Positions 54,640 to 64,000 of a DNA stretch of 64,000 bases are shown here, one piece after another. Origin of the DNA: Rhizophagus irregularis (Eukaryota); NCBI RefSeq assembly GCF_026210795.1, contig NC_089431.1, positions 4,340,001 through 4,404,000 on the forward strand, read 5' to 3'. Each line of letters opens with the position of its first letter. Position 1 is the stretch's first letter. The notes under the pieces are model-generated. The model saw only the letters and a list, made by a program, of their open reading frames with translations, had not been told where the DNA came from and searched no databases. The position numbers and the translations under genes are program-made.

Positions 54640-55320
54640 TTTGATAATTTAAAGTATGATATCAATATCGAAATCAATTTCATTGGTAATATATTCTACA
54701 TTTAAATTAAAGAAATTAGGTTTGTAATATTGACTAAGGATTTTCATTTACAGTATATTTAAAAATATGTTTACATACCATTATTATTAAAATTTACATC
54801 AATGTCTAAGTTGATTTCTTCTGTAAGGTAATCTAAAGAATATATAAACAATTTTATTAAAATTAAATCATGAATTTAATATATATTTACGAAAAAGTAA
54901 TTACCCTCATTTTCATATAATTTTTTTCTTTTAATACTTCGACCTAAATAATTAGTAAACAATTATTTACTAAAGTTTTATCAATTACATTTATTTGTAA
55001 TTTACAATAATTATCATACCATCATTATTATCTTCAGTTAAATCATCCCTCAAATCTTCTTTTTAATTTTTCTAAATTAATAGATTGACTTCTTGAACTC
55101 TTTAAAGACATTGCAGAATTAATCATGGCACTTAAAGGTCTGCTCTTATAAATGGCATCTGGATTATTTTTTGGCACAGGTCCAATATCTGATGATTTTA
55201 TAATTTCAGTTGGATTTTTTTTATTGTGATTTCGACTTTCTTCCAATTGCATATTTTCAACTCTCTTATATATATCATCAGCTGTTGGTCTTTTACTTGG
55301 ATCAGAATCCCAGCATTCTT
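54640..55320 (-). pseudogene. 3' remnant of a CxxC-kinase paralog
   Basis: Begins at ECWDSDPSKRPTA; contains SDIGPVPKNNPDAIYKSRPLS and the small tail exons; downstream flank homologous to ~5030-5600. Confidence 0.85.
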
Positions 55321-57725
55321 TTTGAAATTTTTTTTACATATACTGTAATTAATTATACTTATTTATTTTTTTATTTTTTTTATTTATTAAGATATGCTAT
55401 AATTTTTGGAAAACTAATCAAAGAAACTTTCTTGTATTCTTAACCTTTAAATCATATTCTAATTCTTGACGCCTGCATTCAGACATCTTTATCATGAAAA
55501 ATAGGCTTATTTATTTATGATAACTTTCAAAATTTTTGATATTATTTTATATTAATAAGTTATCTCATCTTAGAGTGATTTATATACAAACCTCAAAATA
55601 CTTTATCACCGTCTTATGTATCTCTTGTTTTAAAAAAAAATATTTAGACTTGCTAAATATAATTTCAGAAACTTTTTCAATATTTTAAACTCTAAATAAA
55701 GTAAAAATAACAGCAAATAATAAATTAATAGGAAATTTAAATAATATTAAATTTGAAAAGATAGAATTTAAGGACGAGATTTAAGAAAAATTATTGCGTG
55801 AATATTAATGTTATATTTGTATTATTAACTTTTAGTACTGACAGATGTTTTAAATTGTTAGCATTTTGTTAATTGGGAAAGTTTTCCTGCTGATGCAGTG
55901 CTTTGTAAGATATTGCTTTATTTTTTAAATCTTTCATATATAATAAAAAGATAAATATAATTCTAATTATTTTTTAAAATAATACATGTACAGTAATTGA
56001 AAATTTGTATGAACGTTCAAACAATCCTTACCTTCACAGTCTCAATATTGATCCTGCTGATGTTGACAGAAACTGGTTAATCAAGGAATTTTACCCAGTT
56101 AATTAACGTTAATTAACAGGTTAATATTAAAAATTCTATATAAATTGTACGACTTATTGCACATATCAAGATTAAAATATTTGTTAAAAAATTGATATCA
56201 ACATATCTCTGGCCCGCACTGCCAAAATATGATTATTTCTTATAAGATCATTTCAAAATATCTTAAATCAGGTTATTTGGATATCATGACAAAAAAGTCG
56301 TCTACCAAAAACTACTATATCTAATAGTGGTCTTAAAAAAAATTTTTGAAATCATACATGAAATAATATTTACTATAAATTAAGCTGCAGTTACTTATTC
56401 CCAAATTGTTTTTATATATATAATTTATTATGTATTTTTTCGAAAAAGTATTCCTATATTTATGGATAAATATTATTAAGTACTGCACAAATATTATGGA
56501 TTATTAAAAATGTATATATATTAAAATTATTTTATTTATTTAATGTGTCCATCTAAATTATACTAATATCATAATAAATAGGATCTTGAATAATTTCAAA
56601 TTATTCGCTAATGTTATATTATTTATTTGAATTCTCCTTGGAAATAATAATTTTAAAATTGTTAATTTTATTAAAAGTTAGTTATATAACTTTAAGAACA
56701 AATAGTATTCGAACATTATAATCAATATGAAATCAATTATTAATTGGCCTATTAACTTAAATAGCTCTGTAAATTTTAGTAACGTTAATTTATATTCATA
56801 TCCTTATTTACAAAATTATTTCCTTTTATGCGTTAAATAAATACATAATTTTATCTGAAATAATAAATTAAAAAATCCAGTACAATTTGTTATATTGAAA
56901 TACTTCACATTCTTTTACATTAAAGTTATCTCTAATCACTTTTCATAAGAAGAATTACCGCACGAATATTATGATCAAAAGTTTTTCTGAAATTGAGTTG
57001 AATCATATTTGTAATTAAATCAGTATAAACATTCTCGAATTTCCAAGGAAGAATCATTGCTTTATTTTAACAAAAATAATCGTAAATAGATGATTTTTTC
57101 CTGAAGACTAAGTTCATTAGTACTTTAATTATATTGAATTATCAAATTCATTTTTCATCATAAATATACCTAAAATATAAAGTTCAGTTGCTATGAATTT
57201 TTAAATATTTCATAAGAATTACGCCGTTAATAATACATTTTTCCATTAAAAGAACTACATTCTTAAAAAATTTATAGCTTTGTGATTAAATCAATATTCG
57301 AACAGTATTAAAAATTTGAACAAATATACGATAAACTAAAATTATCAATTTTATATATACTTTTTTATATAAAAAATTACAAAAGGCTTTTTCGAAATGT
57401 AAATTTTTTTTTTTAAAAAAAAATAAAAGAAAGATTTTACATGATAGAAATAATTATCTGGAATGTTCTCGTGGAATTTGGAATGTAAATACAGTAACAA
57501 AATCGAATCGTTCGAGACGATAAATTTTGTTGGCTGATCAGCTGATGATCATGATGATCAGAGGTCATGCCAAATTCGCATGGGCTATGTATTATATTTG
57601 TTACACGATGATTGATGACCAAACTTATTGGTCAAAAAAAAATGTTGTACCTGTGAATAAAATAAAAATTTTTTCTTTTTTTAGACAAAAAAGACAAAAA
57701 AAAAAAATTAGTCTTTTTAAAAATT

Positions 57726-59434
57726 ATGTCTTCTCTTAAGTTTACATCAAATTTATCAAGTTTATTATCCCAAAGTTTACTTAATACTCTTGATAATGAC
57801 GAATATTATGATATTACAATTGAAGTTGGCAATGACACAGACGTAAAAATATTTCGTGCTCATATGGTTATTTTAAGTTGTCGTTCTCCTTATTTACGAA
57901 AAATTTTGTTAGCCAATAAAAAGGAAAGTGAAGATGAAAATTTGGCGCATATTAAATTACCAAATATTTTACCTGAAATTTTTGAAATAGTCTTAAGGTA
58001 AATTAATTGTTTTATTAGGCAAAATTTAAGTCAAAAAAAAAAGCTATTAATCGTTTATAAAGAACATTTTTAATTTTGCAAACTTTTTTTTTTTTTTTTT
58101 AGATATATTTATGGCGGAAAACTTGATTTGGAAATTAATGATACTTCAAATATCATTAAAGTCTTGGTTGCTGTCAGTGAACTAGGTCTTCAGGAATTAG
58201 TTCCCCTATTACAATCCTTTTTGATCAATAAAAATGTAAAATGGATGGAACAAAATTTTAATTTAGTATTTGAAACATGCTTTGAGAATGATTCCTTTCC
58301 TGAACTTCAAAAATATTGTGTTAAATTCTTATCCAAAAATCCAGATAATGCGTTCAAATTATTAAATTTATCTTCGATTTCAGAAAAATCTTTAATATCT
58401 CTTATTCAACATGAAAATCTTAAAATGAGTGTAGTTCAAATTTGGAATCATATTATTAAATGGGGACTTTCTCATAATTCGGAACTTCCTTCCGATATCA
58501 CAAAATTTTCAAAGGATGATTTCTATGTATTAAAAGATACTTTAAAAGATTGTATTCCTTTTGTTAAATTTTTTTACTTATCCTCAAAAGAATTTTTGGA
58601 TAATGTACTTCCTTTTAGAGATGTTTTACCCGAAGAATTACATATAGAGTTATTAAAGCTTTTTTTGAATAGTGATTATAAACCAACTGATTTTCAAATA
58701 ATTAAAAGATTTGCTTCAAATAATTTTGATTCAAAAATTATTACAATTGATCATATTGAATTAATATCAAAATGGATTGATAAATTAGAAATTACGGACA
58801 AGATGAAAAATTTATACGAATTCAACTTAATTTTTCGTGCATCTCGTGATGGATTTACTCCTAAACAATTTCATGAAATTTGTGATGATAAATTTCGTAC
58901 TATGTCATTTATTAAAGTGAAAGATAGTAATGAAATTCTTGGAGGTTATAATCCAATTGAATGGAAAACTGATTCTGGCTTTGGACATTCTAAAGATAGT
59001 TTTATATTCTCTTTTATGGATAGAAATTATATTCTAAGTCGAGTACAGAATGAAAAGCAAGCTGTTACTTATTATTCTCGTTACGGTCCATCATTTGGTA
59101 ACGGTGACCTTATAATATTTGGAGGAACTGAACATACTTTTGATAATTATGTTAATTATTGTAAAAAATCATCTTATAAAAAACAAATTAGACAATCTAT
59201 AGATAAATTTTCTATAGAAGATTGTGAAGTATTTCAGATTAAAAGATTTTCCTTTAACAATAAAATTCATGAAATTATCTCTGGTGAGTTTAAAAATTTT
59301 TTAAGTTATAATTATTTGATTCTTTCATTAATTAAATAAAATACCATTTTATAGATGATATTGATGATACCGATACCGATATCATTCATAGTACTATGTT
59401 CTCGGAGGAGATTATAGATGAATTTGCAGAATAA
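57726..59434 (+). CDS. BTB/POZ-BACK-TLDc domain protein (exons 57726-57997, 58103-59283, 59355-59434)
   Basis: YYDITIEVG..FRAHMVILSCRSPY (BTB); LIFRASRDGF..FHEICD, ILGGYNP, DSFIFSF, GPSFG, EVFQI (TLDc). Confidence 0.93.
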
Positions 59435-60237
59435 GCGGAACATTGGCGGAACTACCTTTTTAACGAAATAAGCACGTAATTTTTCGAATTAAAATTTGGT
59501 TCACTTTTTTTACTTCCTGAATCCTTTTCAAATTATTGTTGTTTTTTTTTTCTCTGACAAATTCATGATTTTCAAAAACAAAAAGATAATGTTGTAAACA
59601 TTTTAAATTGGATATAATGATAAAAATGTAATAATTAGCAGGTTCAAGTGATTTTAAAATAAATTCGCTCGTATTAATTCAAATAAAAAAAGTGCATTTT
59701 TTTTTTATTTATATATGTACAAATTACTTTTAGCTTTGATTATGACATAACATGTTTTTCTACTTATTATTAATCCATTATTTTTATAGTCTCGTAAATC
59801 ATGTATTGACAATAAACAATTTCTTATCTTCATATCTTTATTATGAATTAATACTTAAAATATTTGCTTTAATTAATTATAAAAAGCGCAGTTTTAAAGA
59901 CTTTTTTAATATAATTTTAAATATCAAAAATTCATACATTAAGTAATTTTTTAAGTAACAATTCACGTGTTTGAAATGATTTAGAATATTTCTAAAAATA
60001 TAATCCTAATCAGCTGTGTGCAGTTATGCAGTATCATGTATGACTATAGAATTCTACGATTGTTACATAGAATTCTCGCAAACATTTCTTAGAAAATCGT
60101 ATTCTCATAGAAGACTTCTAGAAATTGTGTATAGAATTCGAAAAAAATTCCTTGCTTAATTATTAAATTTAAAACGTATATATTAGACAACAATTTTCCT
60201 TGACTCAAATTAAATAATTTTTTTTTATAAAAAAAAC

Positions 60238-62068
60238 ATGGAACAACTAACAAACTATAAACATAAAATTGACCTTTTATTATCGAACAATACATCTTTA
60301 ATCCAACCAACACAATCCATTGTTAAATCAAAATACAAAAAAATTTACTGCACCGAATGTAATAAAGAAAGGAAACCTTCAGATGAAAGTCATCAGATTT
60401 GTCATGTTTGTTACAAAATAAAGAGGGTATACAAGTACGGCTCAAGTGGAAACAAAATTATTGATGATTTTATCAGATATACACAAATTAATCTTGTTAA
60501 TCGTTATGGAAAATTGGAATATGTTCCTTATGAACAATTTAAAAATATAGAATTTATTGCTGAAGGAGGTTTTAGTAAAATTTATAAAGCTACTTGGATT
60601 GATGGTCCAGTTATTAATTATAGTAACAAAAGAAATATTCGTTCCCAAAATTATACAGTTGTTCTCAAAAAAATTAATGATTCCAAAAACATCACATCTA
60701 AGGAGTTGAACGAGGTATAGTACATATTATGCTGTTTTAATCGACAATCCTTACCATTAATGAGATTAATAAATTAATAAGCTTTCTTCATTTTACTAGC
60801 TCAAGGTATTTTATGATATTTATAAAAAAAGTTATAGTTCTAATATTGGCAATTACTTCGGAATTACTCAAGATCCTAAATCTCAAGATATCATAATTAT
60901 TATGCCATATTATGATTCAGGTGATTTGGTACATTACATCACCAAAGATTTTTTTAATATTAACTGGAATAACAAACTAAATAAATTAAGGATTACAGCA
61001 CTCGGACTTTATCAAATACATGATTCAAATATTATTCACAGGGATTTTCATAGTGGAAATATCTTTTTTAATAGACAAAGAAATAAATTTATTTATCAGG
61101 AGGTACTAATAGGTGATCTTGGTATAAGTAAATCTGCCACTGAATCTGGAGATGATAATGAGAATTATGGTATTATCCCTTATATGGCTCCAGAGATTTT
61201 GCAAAGACAAAAATATAATAAAGCTTCAGATATATATAGTTTTGGAATGATTATGTGGGAGTTTATGACAGGTAGAAGACCTTTTTGGGATCGAATTCAT
61301 GATACAGAACTTATTATTGATATTTGTGATGGTTTACGACCACCAATTGTCACAAATGCGCCTGAAGGTTATATTAAATTAATGAAAAAATGCTGGCATT
61401 CTGATCCAAGTAAAAGACCCACAACTTATAAAATGTGGGACAAACTTCGTAATATATCGGGTAATGGAATTGAAATTATAGAATCATCAGATATTGGTCC
61501 TGTTCCAAAAAATAATCCAGGTGCCATTTATAAAAGTAGACCTTTAAGTGCCATGATTAGTTCTGCAATGTCTTTAAAGAGTTCAAGAAGTCAATCTATT
61601 AATTTAGAAAAATTAAAAAGAAGAGTTGAAAATGATTTAATTGAAGATTATAATGAATATGGTATGATATTTGTCAATTGCAAATAAATGTAATTAGTTG
61701 ATAAACTTTAGTAAATCATTGTTTACTAATTATTTAGGTCGAAGTATTAAAAGAGAAAAATTATATGAAAATGAAGGTAATTACTTTTTCGTAAATATAT
61801 ATCAAATTCATAATTTAATTTAATAAAATTATGTAAATATTCTTTAGATTATCTTACAGCAGAAATCGACTTAGATATTGATGTAAATTTTAATAATAAT
61901 GGTATGCATACACACTTTATGTATACTGTGAATGAAACTCTTAGTTAATATTATATGCCTAATATGTATATCTTTAATTTAAATGTAGGATATATTACTA
62001 AAGAAATTGATTTCGATATTGATACTTTAAATTATCAAAATTTTAATAAAATTAATTTTTCTTTTTAA
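60238..62068 (+). CDS. TKL-like kinase with N-terminal CxxC..CxxC (exons ~60238-60714, 60800-61661, 61738-61776, 61848-61901, 61989-62068)
   Basis: Close paralog of 5617-7399 with intact kinase motifs. Confidence 0.9.
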
Positions 62069-63246
62069 TTGTTGTCACTAATAACAATTGGTATTTATTA
62101 TTTATAGTCTTAAATTTATATCATAGTATATTTATATTTTGTTTTTTTTTTGGTTAAAACATGAATTGATTTTATTTGTATCTTTTCTTCAAAATTTTTC
62201 TTTATCATATTTAAGAAAATAAATATATTTATAGCGCTCATTATCATTATTTAAATAATCAGTGAAAATTTTTAAATAATGAAGAAATTTCTTTTGGAAA
62301 AAATGCGTAAACACATAAATTTAACATATGAACTAAATGAGTCTAAATCAAAACTTTATTAATATTATTAATTCTCATTACACAGAGCACATCTTTATTA
62401 TCTTTATTTAAAGATTATATCAATTTCCACATTCTGATATCACTCAAGAATTTATTTATAATTTTCCAATAAACTTCCTTAATGACGAAATTTACCAATA
62501 AAGGAAAAATTCTAAAATCATTACACACAATACTATTCGTCTATAGCAATAATAAATACAATATCATATATGTGGTTCCAGTAGTGATATTTCTGGTGAA
62601 AGCAGAAGGTGAGCCTTCCTTTCCAGTTTTTGTTCCTTACTGGGGTATAAGCTTCCATTCCTTTGTTCTTCTCCATTGTCAACAGACGAGTTACATCTGT
62701 CGGTTCATATAAAAAGTCTTATAACAGCTGATTTGCTATCTCACGGGCTTCGTTAGTAGGAATGCTAGGGAGGTAGATAGACTTGCTAGTAAATGATTAA
62801 ACGTACCTAAAGGTTCGTCTTCTGAATACGGTTCTCCCTCTTCTGTCTACTTCTTTAATTCCATTCTAGTAAATGCTTTTCTTGATCTCTCTCTCAATCT
62901 TTTTCATTCCTAGTTCTAGCAATATTTTTAAATGTTCTTCAGAAAGTTTATTATTTGACATACTGTCATTTACTAAATAGTAAGTTAAAGTTATCCCACG
63001 TGATAAGAACTGATGATGTCATGATTCATCTACGCGATACTCACGTGAACTATGACCAAATATTATTAACAGCAATTTTATCGAATCGACTCTACAATAG
63101 TGGTTTAATCATTTAATAATACAAGTCTTATGAATTGCACTGCAGCATAAGAAATGCGAGCTATTTATTTTTGTACAGATTACCTAGTATGCTTAAGGTA
63201 ATCGATGATACATATCATGTGAGTTAACATCACAACTTAAATAGAT

Positions 63247-63768
63247 TAGAGATTGGACCCGTCTAAAAAAATCTCTACCCGGGTCGCCTGGCAGATGGAC
63301 CCGTGGGTCACCCGGGTGAATGTCGGGTCAACCCAACCCGTCAACCCACCCGCTACCCACCCGTAATTCATATAAAAATTACTATTTATTTTAAAACTTG
63401 TAAAACATTTATATTATATATTGATTTCTTTTGTTATATAATAGCTTTATTATGATCAAAAAAAGACAAATTTATGATATTTCAAATATCATTAACTCCA
63501 AGCTTTACAATATAAACTATTTTTTTTAACAAATAACAATGAATATCATGTTTTAAAGATAAATGTAACTTTATCATTTTACTAATTTATTAATAATTAA
63601 TACTAAACGGGAACTTTTAAATGGTTTACATTGATCAATAAAAAAATTTAATCAACAACAGTTGACTAAACAGGTGTCCTGACGGGTAATCTGCCAGGTT
63701 GACCTGACGGGTTGACCCACCTGCCTCCACCCGGGTGGAAATTATTACCACCTGGGGTCCAATCCCTA
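63247..63768. mobile_element. hAT MITE
   Basis: TIR TAGAGATTGGACCC / GGGTCCAATCCCTA; ACCCG subterminal repeats; 8-bp TSD AAATAGAT. Confidence 0.9.
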
Positions 63769-63936
63769 AAATAGATTTTGTAAATATATAACTGATGACC
63801 ATTTTTGTTACAAATGAAACCGGATCATAGAAATTTTAAATGTCTGAAATACTATATATCAAATTAGTTATACAGTATATGACTATACGATTCTACACGA
63901 ATGCCCAGATGTCCGTCTGGCATGTGACATCATGAC

Positions 63937-64000
63937 TAGGGATGGCAACGGTCAGTTATGGTCGGTTATAATTGGTTATAGCAATTTAAATGGTCAGTTA
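63937..64000 (+). mobile_element. Left end of another hAT-like element, running off the window
   Basis: TAGGGATGGCAA terminus followed by GGTCAGTTA/GGTTAT repeats. Confidence 0.65.

Noticed and set aside
4148..63050. Scattered CACGTG E-boxes as Pho4-type regulatory sites
   Set aside because: Short motif, several inside transposons; enrichment cannot be shown by eye.

Overview
Very AT-rich, intron-containing eukaryotic DNA. The gene families (expanded tyrosine-kinase-like kinases, BTB-BACK-TLDc, a Crinkler relic) and the intron style point to an arbuscular mycorrhizal fungus (Glomeromycota, Rhizophagus-like); this taxonomic call is inferred. Apparently intact genes: a dienelactone hydrolase, two CxxC-bearing kinases in inverted orientation near the window ends, two NmrA/isoflavone-reductase-like paralogs, a small 2-exon hypothetical, a secreted CE4 chitin/polysaccharide deacetylase, a coiled-coil repeat ORF and a BTB-BACK-TLDc gene. 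The middle holds a decaying array of a second kinase family: 3 near-complete minus-strand copies and 3 plus-strand relics. Pseudogenes include a Crinkler-NYN ribonuclease fusion and a tyrosinase. Many non-autonomous transposons can be delimited by TIRs/TSDs (CMC/EnSpm-like, hAT, PIF/Harbinger, IS3EU-like), plus a Helitron and a 5'-truncated LINE. I found no clearly new biological system. The most notable structure is a kinase + chitin-deacetylase repeat unit whose copies kept one partner or the other. All alignments and splice models were done by eye.
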